A DNA stretch of 63,819 nt, counting the filler, from Aduncisulcus paluster (Eukaryota), in assembly GCA_024181965.1 (NCBI GenBank). It is 8 parts of 8 records of this genome, joined end to end, with 100 filler letters (N's around TTAATTAATTAA, not from the genome) between each part and the next. Parts side by side here need not be neighbours in the genome. Positions count along the whole stretch, not along the records: positions 1 to 15,477 come from BQXS01011211.1; positions 15,578 to 30,403 come from BQXS01011212.1; 6 more parts are not named here. The stretch is one strand, 5' to 3'. Below, piece after piece: positions 11,299 to 23,430 of the stretch. The notes beneath the pieces are model-generated. The model saw only the letters and a list, made by a program, of their open reading frames with translations, had not been told where the DNA came from and made no database searches. A program made the translations under genes and the position numbers. Numbering within the stretch: the first letter of the stretch is position 1; the number at the start of each line of letters is the position of its first letter.

Positions 11299-14200
11299 TT
11301 ATTCTGACGTCTCATCAGAATAAATCAGTGCATAAGAATAAGAAAGTTCATCATTCGATTCATCAGTTTGATATTGCTTCATTTGGCTTGAAGTTCGTTT
11401 GTTTTCTGTACCGCTCCACAACTCTGGATTCGCGGGCCCAAATCTCCTCTTCCCATCCATAAAAGTAGTGAACCCGGGTTGTGATATTTCAACCTCCAGA
11501 GGTCGGCATTCATTTTGAATATAACCTCGTGAATGACATCTTTTCATGAATGTATCGTATTGTGGTTTTGAAAGCATCTCTAAGGGCATGAGTGCAATTA
11601 GTTTGCAACATAGAATCATTCCATTCCCATGGATATGAGCTTCAAACTGATCTAGCCATTTGTCAAACGGAATTTCACCAAAAATTCTTCTTTTAACATC
11701 ATCAGACTGGGCATGATAAATGTTGGAAATAATCTCCAAAAGTTTGTAATTCTCACCTTGGGCAATATTGAACGATTTATCAGATATGATGAGTGGCAAG
11801 AGATGTTTCTCAAAAATATCACGAGAAGAACTAAGAATAGACTCATTTTTGTAGTGAGATGTTATGTTGCACAAGAGAGAAATCAGGTTCTCAGATACCG
11901 TGTGGCCGTCGGAGAATTTGAAAGAAGAAGAATCATAGCTCAACAGATTACAAACGATCGTCAGCAAAAAATTCACCTTCCCCTCGTCTATCACTATTCG
12001 TGACAAGTCGTTAAGGAATCCAAGGAACTTATCAAATGTTGATTTCCATTTGTGTTCATGGATCCTTTCCACAATCAATTCATGCAACTCACTCTGATTT
12101 TTCAAAAATTCCTCAAGGAGAACACTGTCAAAACCATCGACAAAGCAAGCCCGAACAATATCACAATAGAATTCAAGGAACTCTTCCAAGATCGACACAT
12201 TCTTGCCCGATTTGGTGTGCCCAGTCTTCTTATCGGCAATGATGAAGGTGTGGACAACCTTGGGTACATTCACACAAACAGCCTTAGAATAGATATCTCT
12301 TACACAATCTCGAGAAAGTGACACACGTTGTCCACCACAATCATGATTCAACGTTCGAGCAATGAACTTGAACACAGCCAGAAGTTCATTTTTTCTATCC
12401 AAATCAAGCGGATGGAAAGCTTTGCTTTTGAAATACAAATTACTATCATCCCACAACTTGCAAGTTGACTCAGCATTACAGCCTTTAACCTCCTTCGCAA
12501 GGACAGAAAAGATATTCAGAGGTTGGCAAAACTTCTTGTATTCATTGAGTATATGTTCATCATCCCATTCGACGATACCCTTTTCATCAAACCATTCGAC
12601 GATACCCCCCCTTTCATGACACCACGTTATCAATGGGTCAAACCTTGGAGTCAAATGAAGCAACACTCTCGGGTCTGAGCATTTAGCAAACTGGATGATC
12701 ATCTCAACACATTCAGGAAGAGACTCGTCAGTTTCATCAACTTTCTTCCAATAGGACATCCAAGAGAATAATAGCTCAATAAGAGAGAGGTTTGAAATGG
12801 TATCCATTTTAGTAGTTTTAGAAGTAGTTTCAGTTACAGAAAGCCGAAAAAAGAGTCTCAATGCAGAACGGATAGCAACAATTGGAGATGCTGGAGAAAT
12901 TGTCTGGCGATGATGTTCTTTCCCCTTTCGTTGCTTCTTCTTCTTCTTTCTCTTCTTTTTCCTCTTTCTCTCCTTCTTTTTCTCCTTCTTTTCCCTTTCT
13001 TTCTCTCGCTTGAGTCTGGATAACTTCGATTTGTTTCTTGCAATACTCAATGATGCTCGGCATAACATCTTTGAAAAAAGAGAGTTTGGTACAAAAGTCA
13101 GATAATACACTGAGACATGCAAGAAGCTGAAGAAACGGTTGCATTAGACGAATGTTTGGGGAAGTTTGTTTTTGTAAGAAGACAACAAATGGTCCAACTT
13201 GCCGCTGGATGAACGTCAATACTTCTTCAAGAATAGCACGATTGTCTCCAGCAAAACAACACAAATTACTCAAAAATGACCATACATACCCACATTCAGA
13301 AACAAGACCATGGGTAAGACCATGACAAAGAGCAAACTCAAGAACTTTGCGACAANNNNNNNNNNNNNNNNNNNNTGCATTAGACGAATGTTTGGGGAAG
13401 TTTGTTTTTGTAAGAAGACAACAAATGGTCCAACTTGCCGCTGGATGAACGTCAATACTTCTTCAAGAATAGCACGATTGTCTCCAGCAAAACAACACAA
13501 ATTACTCAAAAATGACCATACATACCCACATTCAGAAACAAGACCATGGGTAAGACCATGACAAAGAGCAAACTCAAGAACTTTGCGACAACCAGAGAAC
13601 AAATGCACGTCTTTGCGTAAGATTCCCACACAATGGGAGCATATGGCACAATACAATCTGACGGTTTCTTGGATGTCCTTAGAGTCCTTCTCTCCTGGGT
13701 GTGACTCAGCATTGCAAACAATGACGTTGGATAGGCTTGGGTTGAATTTTTCGAACAACTTCCGAACACTCTCATTGGGCGATGCTTGTGGATGTGGAGT
13801 GGAAACACCAATAGTTGGAGTAGATTCCGCATTCTTCATCATCTCTAATAATCCTAAGCAAAGACTTGACACATATCCTGGCTTCATGGCTTTTTCAATT
13901 TTACCCTTATCCTGGTCAGAGTGGTGAAGACTCTTGGAGAGAATTTCATCCAAGTATCGAAATCCCCGCTTAACTTTGTCATCATATTCTGGAATCGAAC
14001 GATAGATCTTGATTTCTTCCAAAATGCTAAAAACGGATTTAATATAAATGTCATTAAACCGAAGAGAAAAATCCGGGTGATGTTTTTTATAATTCATCAA
14101 TTCAGGCACACATTCCTTTTGTATTTCATAGTAACAATGGTAGTGATGTTTTGACAGATCCAAGATAAGATTATCAAAGCTTGCATGTTCAGATTGGACT

Positions 14201-15477
14201 GAAGCATAATGTTTCATCCAAGGCTTGATGAGTTTTTTGACACATTCGAAGAGATCATCGAGAATCTTCGGCCTCTCCTTTTGATAAACATATATCCGAT
14301 AAAGATCATACACAAACTCGATCACTTTGTGGACATTCTTCCAAAGTAGTTTTTCATCTCTTTCATTCAGCAGATTCTCTGGACTGAAGATAGACAGCAT
14401 GTCCTCCGTAATAATATGGAGAAATCGGAAAATGATTGCATACCGCCTTGCAGACTCTTGCTCGCATTTTGCATCATTTTGACACACAATTGTCAGGATA
14501 TCGATCCAACTTGACACAATTTCTACATAATTGGAAGAAATCCGGACATTCTTTGACTGTGGAGAATGTATCGATGGAATGCAATTGGAATGCTCAATGT
14601 TGTCAGGGAGGACCTTTGAACAATATTCTTCGTCAAATTGTTCCCAAGATATTTTCTGTGAAGACACGGCTTCCACACCATCTTTCAGCAACTTCCGAGA
14701 ATTATTCAGAGCACATTTGACAATCTTTGTCATGTCATTTCCATCGAGATTCAAGAGAGCAAGCACACATCCATGTTTCAAACATTCCAAACACACCCGG
14801 TAATTCGTTTTGTTGTATTTAAATAGCTCACATACCAAATTGGCCCACGAATCAATAGCTTCTGAATTATGATCAGCTTTGAACTCATCAAGCCACTCAT
14901 TGACATGCCGAATAACATTGAGCTTTTCAATGAGATTAAGAAAAGAATCCTTGGAACGAGGTATCTTGGAAGCACGAAAAAGGAAAGACACAACATCCGC
15001 TTTGTCCGGATAGAGTTGAAACTCAAGCTTTCCTTGAACAAACACAGAGAGATACTGTCTCTTTGTTCCATCTGAACTCTCACAAATGGCTGGAAGGAAG
15101 TTCATGAGAATACGAAGCCATTTCTCCACATACTGTTTTGGGATATGTTCAACCTTGTCATACATGGTTTTCACGATCAATGCCACAAGATCCGGATGCA
15201 AAATGCGGTTTTGGGTTGAAAGATCGAGAAGAAATTTAAAACACGAATCGACTGACGATTTATCATTTTTCTCATGGCTAATTATTTCAATCAAATAATT
15301 TTTTAGGAAGGATTCCAAGTCGAATTTTGTGATCATGTCTCTCACAATCTCTGTGGATCTTTCCTTGGAGGCCAGAATAAACTCAAAGAACATGAATGAC
15401 ATTTCATTGCGGCGTTGAATGATAGGATCATCGCTTTGCCATTTTTTCAGAGAAGAGATCCAGTCTGCTATGGAACG
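11299..15477 (-). CDS. Large alpha-helical (ARM/HEAT-like) hypothetical protein, 5'-truncated; broken by a gap duplication and a probable +1 indel near 12920
   Basis: Frame is open from the contig edge at 15477. ORFs 13270-15402 and 12830-13273 join once the 236-nt duplication is removed. ORF 11299-13122 continues in the +1 frame, or is a separate gene from the ATG at 12807. Amphipathic Leu-rich helices throughout. Confidence 0.55.
13140..13591. other. 20-N scaffold gap (13356-13375) with duplicated flanks; same artefact at 18923-18942, 22141-22160, 27091-27110, 35834-35853, 44113-44132, 54177-54196
   Basis: In each case the sequence after the gap repeats about 160-270 nt lying before it (offsets 236, 250, 179, 253, 286, 193, 251). 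Removing the duplicate restores the reading frames. Confidence 0.92.
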
Positions 15478-15577
15478 NNNNNNNNNNNNNNNNNNNNNNN
15501 NNNNNNNNNNNNNNNNNNNNNTTAATTAATTAANNNNNNNNNNNNNNNNNNNNNNNNNNNNNNNNNNNNNNNNNNNN
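15478..15577. other. Artificial contig spacer N44-TTAATTAATTAA-N44; also at 30404-30503, 34417-34516, 41144-41243, 50672-50771, 55443-55542, 58924-59023
   Basis: Identical 100-nt linker with stops in all six frames; genes are truncated at its edges. Confidence 0.98.
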
Positions 15578-15925
15578 CTGGAAAACTATTATATTTTGTT
15601 GCAAGATGTTACTGAGAGCAGATATATCACGATCACCTGCAAAGCCATTACGTTTCCTCTCGTCACAATGAACTTTTAGAGCTTTTTTCATATCTCTCAT
15701 AGTCCCGAAATAATATTGGCAATTTTCAGTGAGATATGTCAAGACTAGATCTCGAAGTTCAACTGCATAATATTTCCTCCATTTTGGAGCAAGAAAGGGG
15801 GATTCTAACACGGCATGATAAAAACATAAATTTCCTGTCGCTTTAGCTTCTTTGAAGCAAAGGTTTATCACACCTTGTTTAATATCATGACGATCGAAAT
15901 AATCTGAAAGAAATAATTCTGTCAT
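15578..15925 (-). CDS. OTU-like cysteine protease domain protein, 3'-truncated
   Basis: KATGNLCFYHAV resembles the OTU catalytic GxGNCxYxA; later LRDLVLTYL and GDRDISALSNILQQNIIVF follow the OTU pattern. The catalytic His would lie beyond the contig edge. Confidence 0.6.
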
Positions 15926-16596
15926 TTAATAAAATTATGAATACTATTAATAATTATTGATATAATTACGGTGTTTTCAAAATTGTCTTAATCTTGTCAA
16001 CCAATATGGACTCCATCAACATTCTGATGTCAAAATCTTTATTACAGGCAAGCCAATAATATTTAGTTAAATATTTCTTATATATTACTCATTCATTATT
16101 TTAATTTCTGTATTTATATTATATATTTATCTTTATTTCCCAAGAAAAAAGGAATTTACGAGTAGCCGGGAAACTTTTACATCCAGCCGGGACCCGGTTC
16201 CCGGCTCATCCGGCCCGGCTACTCGTAATTGTCTGCTCACTGAGTTCTGCATTGGCAATGCAGATTTATATTCGTCAAGAAGAATGAAGTTCTCTGGATC
16301 TAGTGTTTCTTTATTAAAACCACGAGGCAGAAAAACAAGAAAACTGAGTACCAAAGCATAAGAGTGATATTAGACACAATGAGAAAATGCCAAATATTCA
16401 AACAACGAAACCCGATCTTTTTAAATCATTATGAAACAGAGAAGTGACATTATTAGTATAAAAATAAATAAGAATATGATAAATTCTTAGAAGAAGATAA
16501 AACCCAAGTAAAACAGAAAATAAACATTCAAAACTGTTGAATTAATCAATGAATTTGACCGCAAAAAGTTTGGCAAACCGATTTGTATTCATTGCT

Positions 16597-17721
16597 TTAA
16601 TTTCCACATTCAGCATCAATTGGCACAGAAGAGAAGGCAGAATACAACTCAGAGTCCACCATACAAACAGTTCCACCACCACGGTTAGCCTGAGATTCTT
16701 GTCTGTTGATATCACCAACACATACAAACTCAGCACCAGATGCGGTATAAAGCCCGCGAGATTCGAAAGTGTCGTTTCTCTCATCCTTCATGGCCCACTT
16801 TGAATGATCTTTGGTGTAGTGCCACGTGAGATCATCCCCAAAGTCGACATCCATGACATTGGCAATAGTGTAGGTCACGGTGCTGTTATTTGAACACAAA
16901 GGAGGGTATTCAGGACGCATCCATGTCTCTGTCATCAAGTTGGAGAGGAAGTATTGAGACACAAAGTCATCGTACAACTGGCCATCCCATTGCCTATTCT
17001 TGGCAAAGATAAGGAAGTTGTACCCACCTCTTGAGGAGAATGGGAGTAATTCAGCTGTGGACTTTGTGGTGTGAGATACCTTGCTGACAATGGAATAGAA
17101 CTCGGAAAGAGTCTGTTCACCGACGGTAGGGAGATTTTTGACATAATAAGAAGGGTAAATATCATAAAGATATTGAGAAACAGTGTCATTCAAAATGTCT
17201 GCATCCACATCCATACAGAGGAAAGATTGGCCATAAATAGCCTCATCATCAGGGTATTGATAGGTGTCCTCGGTAAATGGAGAGTGAGGGAAAGATGGAA
17301 CTGAGTGAACAAGCCAGAAACCGGTACCAGAACTCACATCAAAGGCAATAACACCCTTAGCATGAGCCTTGTAAGAATCTGAGGTTCCATCATCATGCTC
17401 ATCGTTATACATAATGACAACGGTTTCATCATAATCGGAAAGACCATAGAACTGAGAAAGGGTTAAAGTAAGAGCACCCACATTGCTATCTTGGAGAGAA
17501 TAGGGAGAAAACTCGAATTGTTTGGAGTTAACATCCAGATAAGTGTATCCAAATCCATTTTGGACATATTCTTCAGAGTGATCCTCGAGCATTGGAGCTT
17601 TCATGGTGATGAACCAATCGACAGCGTTTCCACTTTCATTTCTACATCCGAATTCACAAGAGATGAAAGGAACAATAATCAATAGATAGATACTAATCAA
17701 CCAAATGGATGAGGGTTGCAT
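16597..17721 (-). CDS. DNASE2: Deoxyribonuclease II, with signal peptide, 374 aa
   Basis: CRNESGNAVDWF, YNDE...AHAKG, GFWLVHSVPSFP, YGQSFLC, DHSKW, CVGDINRQESQANRGGGTVC. Start placed at MQPSSIWL. Confidence 0.95.
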   Translation of the reverse strand: MQPSSIWLISIYLLIIVPFISCEFGCRNESGNAVDWFITMKAPMLEDHSEEYVQNGFGYTYLDVNSKQFEFSPYSLQDSNVGALTLTLSQFYGLSDYDETVVIMYNDEHDDGTSDSYKAHAKGVIAFDVSSGTGFWLVHSVPSFPHSPFTEDTYQYPDDEAIYGQSFLCMDVDADILNDTVSQYLYDIYPSYYVKNLPTVGEQTLSEFYSIVSKVSHTTKSTAELLPFSSRGGYNFLIFAKNRQWDGQLYDDFVSQYFLSNLMTETWMRPEYPPLCSNNSTVTYTIANVMDVDFGDDLTWHYTKDHSKWAMKDERNDTFESRGLYTASGAEFVCVGDINRQESQANRGGGTVCMVDSELYSAFSSVPIDAECGN

Positions 17722-17958
17722 TGTAATACGTTTTGTTGACAAAGCAAGGTTGACGAAAAAGGAGACCGAAGTCGAATAAAATATTGGTGACCCTGAAAAG
17801 GGATATAACAGCATATTATTTCAGAATTATGTGGAATTTTTCTTATTATTTTGTTTTTTATTTTCCAATAAATTCTAGAAATAGAGCCATTTCATCTGAG
17901 ATCATCTCGGCATCTGGAACAGCGTCAACTTTAGAAATAATGTGAAGATACATTTCAT

Positions 17959-20900
17959 TTATTCAATAACAACAGTTTCTGAACTTGAATAAGAGGCGAA
18001 TAGACTGAGGGCCTGCTTTGTTCTTGAAGCCACACTTCCATCACCTTCATAAATTGCACACATACACAAATGGATTTTCATAGCACTCTCATCATACACA
18101 GTGAAGATGTCTCCACTGTACCTACATACGTCAGACATTGAATCACACTCACCAGTGTACATTTTGAGAGAAGTGGGAACATCGAATCTGACGGTTGAGG
18201 AGAACATGAACTGATCACCGTTGGTTACACTCATAGCAATAATCTCAGCTGTCTCAGATTTGAACGAGAGAGAAGTGGGAGATATCTCGGCATAAATCTC
18301 AGAATCACTCTTGTCAAGGAAACGAAGATATTCACTTCCGGTAATGTTTAAAACAGAATCTGAGCTTTCATCACTTATAGCATCAACAGACAATGTCACA
18401 CCACCTTCAGTGCTGCCGAGTCCTCCTTTCATTTCGATCACACCACCGTCAATGAGAGCATTGTTTGTGCTCTCAACATCACCTTGGATGACGGTAGTTG
18501 CAGAAAGTGTGAAGAACGAATCAGTAGTTGCAGATACATCATCAGAATCATACAATGAGATCGTTCCGGTCGTCAATGTTGTATCCCAAGTCATAGAAGG
18601 AAGTGAACGACGGAGATACATGTCTCCACTATCCACAGTAAAATCACTATCAATAAAAGTGAAGGTAGGAGCAGTCGTAGCAAATGTAAATGATGTCGTA
18701 TCATCATATTCGTCTCTCTCCAACATAAGAGTTCCTTCGTCATAGTTTCCAATCCTCAACCAGTCACCAACAGCAAAGATATCGCCACCAACGAGAGTGG
18801 TTGTGCTAATCTTGGCCACATCGAGACTCTGGTATGAGGTTTTGTAAAGACTGAGACCACCAGAACCATCAGAATCAGAGCCCCCAAATACGATGGAAGA
18901 TGATGTAATCAACGGACCATCANNNNNNNNNNNNNNNNNNNNATGTCGTATCATCATATTCGTCTCTCTCCAACATAAGAGTTCCTTCGTCATAGTTTCC
19001 AATCCTCAACCAGTCACCAACAGCAAAGATATCGCCACCAACGAGAGTGGTTGTGCTAATCTTGGCCACATCGAGACTCTGGTATGAGGTTTTGTAAAGA
19101 CTGAGACCACCAGAACCATCAGAATCAGAGCCCCCAAATACGATGGAAGATGATGTAATCAACGGACCATCAGAGAGGAAAACACCACCAGGGGCATCAA
19201 TTGAAAGTGCCGTTGACACTCCTGAGGTATCTTCATATAAATTGATAGGCTCAGATCCAAGGGATATCGTTTCACTGGAGACAATGAGGTTACCAGAGAT
19301 ATCGACATCAGCGTTACTGCCGACCGTCAACAGCATGGAAGACTCCTCAGTGACGGTAAGAGGAACAGAGTTGATCACAAGGGAGTCCGAATCAATCGTA
19401 ATATCTCCAGTCACATGGATAGGCTTGTCGATATAAAGCAATTCATCAGTGGTATCATAATACAACAGAACATCTTTGATATACAAATTCTTGTTAATGG
19501 AGCAATAAGAATTGCCAGAATAATTTTCAATCGAAAGGTTTGAACCCAAAGTGACGGTGGAACCGGTAACAATCAAATTCCCGGCGGTTTTGATATCAGT
19601 GTCAAAGAGGAACTTTGGATCAACAGAATCAACGGTCAGGTATTGTCCATTCAAACTAAGTGATGTTCCCAAAATAGATACATTGTTTCTCACTTCCATA
19701 TCATAAGCACTGAGAGATGATGATACAGTGAGAGTGTCAACGTCTGACATGTACAAAGAGGATTCAGCGTCTGTGATGGACTCTGACACGACTGTTAACA
19801 CCCCCTGAACATCCACACCACCCATATCTGCACCATTAAGCACAAGAACATCAGCCGAGTCCCTTGATCCTTGAGATATATCCACAGATCCAATGTGCAT
19901 CACGGACACAATCAGATCTTTGGAAATGGACAAGGAAGTATCATCGTTTGTGAGAGTTACACGTCCTCCGGCAGTTCCCCACTCAAAGATATCGCTTGGC
20001 TCGTACATGAAAGAGACTTCAACAAGGGGGTCAAATTGGAAGTTTGTCCCATCGTAATAAATCCGACCCCAATTATCATCATCATCCTCTTGGGTCGAAA
20101 GCAGAGATATGGGCTTATCCACAGTGAGATCATACAGTGTGTTCTGAGAGAGTGTGACCTTATGAGTCTCCACACCAAATGTAACACTGAGACCATTCCA
20201 AGTACTCTCAGTAGGGATAGCAATGCCATTCTGGAGAACCCCTTCGTCAGTGACCTCAAATATGGGATAAGTGTCGCCTGCACGAGAAATGGTTAAAGAT
20301 TCTGCAAAGATATCTGGAGCAGAAAGGGGATTATGGGCAGTGATTGCAGATGCTGTGAATGTCATAGAGGGAGAATCAACACCAAGAATAACACCAGTGG
20401 AGGCATCAGTACGGGATATATAGAAATATGAGGACTGGACCTTTGGAGTGATGGATACAGTGTTGTTCGATGAAAAAGAATCATTATCGCCATTGTCAGA
20501 GCTGATATTGTCTTGAATATTGCTTGAATATTGATGCTGTTTGTTTTGAGAGGAATTATTATTGTTGTAAATTGGTTGATCGAGATTGTATAATTTGTTT
20601 TTGTTAAAATCATTAGTAGTTAAATTAGGAGTATTATCCATGGTATCAATACGGTCAGTATTTGTTGAAGAGACGAGAGAACTCGATGTTAAACTATCAA
20701 ATGAGGACATGCTGTCAATTGGGAAGATAGCACCACTATCCACTTCAAGAATTCCTCCCACCTGTACGTGAGAAACGACAGTGGCTGAGAGCATCGTCGC
20801 AGGAGTAGCAAGAGATCCCATTGAGGACGTAGAGAGGAGTCCATCGAGAGTTGTGAACTTATATAGAAATCCTAGGCCGAGACCAATAAGAAGAATAAAA

Positions 20901-21352
20901 TTAACACTAAGTGATACAATAATAAGAATAAATTGTGTATGTTGTTTTTGTTGAAGCATTTCAACGACTTCTGACGAAGCCATATCACCAGTAGAAACGG
21001 GAGGAACACTGACTGAACTGTGACGGTGCTTATGCTTGTGATGATGGCGTGGTGATCCATTTCCAGTAATTCCTGACGATGAAACAGAAATTGGCGAGTG
21101 TGGCATCCGAGAATGATGGGAACTTCGATGGTGCGAGTGACTCCTGGTGGAACTGGTACTATCTCGCCGAATAGAACCAGAGTGAAAAGAAGCGAGGGGA
21201 GATTTTTGTGGATACCCCTTTGAATCGGAAGTATCAACAATTTCTTTGAGAGGAAGAGGGCGTTTCCTTGATGAAGAAGTACTTCTTCGGGTTACAGATG
21301 ATCTCCTTGAATCAGATTCATGTTCGTCAATTAAACTGTCCAAGAAGGGCAT
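17959..21352 (-). CDS. Type II single-pass membrane protein with long beta-strand-rich ectodomain, ~1047 aa after removing the gap duplication
   Basis: Basic Ser/His-rich N-terminus, one hydrophobic segment (FILIIVSLSVNFILLIGLGLGFLY), S/T/D/V-rich beta repeats and a C-terminal Cys cluster. ORFs 18920-21352 and 17959-19002 merge in frame. Confidence 0.75.
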
Positions 21353-21609
21353 AAATATTCAATAATAGTTGATATAATGTAAAAAATAAGAAAATAAATT
21401 TATAATTGGCTCAAAACTGGGGTGTTTTTTCAATAATAAAGAAAATTTTAAAAATATACTAAACAAACAATATATATTCTCTTCAAATGAGCTTTCTCTA
21501 ACAAAAAGTCTTTTTTAATTCTCTGATAGGTTTTGAATTTGGATATACACATCAAAACACCTGTAGAAAAAACTAGAAATATATTGAGAGAAATTAAAAC
21601 AGATTTCCA

Positions 21610-23153
21610 ATGACATCCCAATCATATTCCTATTTCAGCCACCTAAATTCAAAATTATTGAAGCTAAAAGAAGAAGACCCAACAATCACTCATTGGAGGA
21701 TGTCATTCGACAAATATGATTTATCTGAGTCAATACTAAAGGCTATAAAGAAATTAGGATGGTCAAAACCTACCGAAATCCAAGAAAAATCGATTGGACC
21801 AGGTTTGGAGAAGAAAGATATTTTAGGATTAGCTCCCACTGGTTCTGGTAAAACTGGTGCATTTGTTATCCCTTTATTGGAACAATTACTGTCAAATCCA
21901 AGACCATTTTATGGTCTTATTATTTCTCCCACTCGTGAGCTTGCTCTTCAGATAGCTGATGTTGTTGCCGCCTTGGGAACTGGAATAGGGGTTCATGTTG
22001 TTCGATTAGTGGGAGGTGTTGATATTGTGCATCAAGCTCTTCAATTAGGGAAGAATCCTCACATTATTGTGGCCACTCCTGGACGTTTGATAGATCATCT
22101 TGAAAATACTCGTGGGTTCAATTTAAAAAAGATTAAATATNNNNNNNNNNNNNNNNNNNNGGAATAGGGGTTCATGTTGTTCGATTAGTGGGAGGTGTTG
22201 ATATTGTGCATCAAGCTCTTCAATTAGGGAAGAATCCTCACATTATTGTGGCCACTCCTGGACGTTTGATAGATCATCTTGAAAATACTCGTGGGTTCAA
22301 TTTAAAAAAGATTAAATATTTCGTTCTTGATGAAGCTGATCGTATTTTGGCAGACGATTTTCAACTTGCCCTCGAAAAAATCATTGAGATGCTTCCCAAA
22401 CGTCACCAAACTTTGTTGTTTTCCGCCACTCTTTCAAAGGATATCGATGAGCTTCAAAAGCTAGCTCTTTCATCCCCTGTTCAGGTATCTGTTAAATCCA
22501 CCTCTTCCGGCAAAGATGATCCTTCAATTGATGGTATTTCCCTTTCATCTGTCGCCAAGTTAACTCAGAAAATGTTGTTCTGTCCTGCCGCAATGAAAGA
22601 TATGTATTTCTATGAATTACTTCAACGGATGTCGGGAAGATCAATGATTATATTCTGCAGTACAAGATCAAGAGTTGAGAAACTTCATTTCATGTTTAAC
22701 CAATTGGGACTAAGCAGCGTCCAATTGCACGGTAAAATGGCCCAAGCAAAGCGAATCGATGCCCTAAATAACTTTAAAACTGATGATACAAAAAGGATAT
22801 TGATTGCCACTGATGTGGCTGCCAGAGGGCTGGATGTTCCAAATTTGGATGTTGTTATCAATTATGACGTTGCTAATGACCCTAAGACCCATATTCATCG
22901 TATTGGACGTACAGCTAGAGCTGGAAAAAGTGGTTTGGCAATCACTATCGTCACACAATATGATATTGAGGATATTTTAACTATCGAGAAACAAATTGGG
23001 AAGAAGATGGAACCAGAGAAAGTAACAAAGGATCAAGCACTCAAACATAAAGGAATTATATCATCTGCGCAAGAATATGCAACTCAAATGGTCAAAATGC
23101 AGGAGAAAAGAAAATCTACGAAGGGAAAGAAAGGGAAAAGGAAAGGGAAATAG
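21610..23153 (+). CDS. RRP3: DEAD-box RNA helicase DDX47/Rrp3
   Basis: PTEIQ, APTGSGKT, PTRELA, TPGRLIDHLENTRGFNL, DEAD, SAT, ARGLD, HRIGRTARAG. Two ORFs merge after removing the 179-nt duplication. Confidence 0.9.
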
Positions 23154-23430
23154 GGACATTAAAAGCAGATTTATTGTTCAATATAATAACGATTAATAAA
23201 ACTTTCCATATTGGAAATTCAGAATTGACCGCCAAAAATGAAAATCGTTCCATAATGATATTCTGAGACACAAAAAAAATATAATTTCATTATTCTTACA
23301 AAAAAAGAATATATCTATCAGTGGCTTACAATAAATATGTTATTGGAGTAGTATTCTTCTACTCGATTTTTTCCGGGTTATCATCGTAACTTCTTAACTA
23401 TATATAACTATATTTCGTTAAAATATATAG

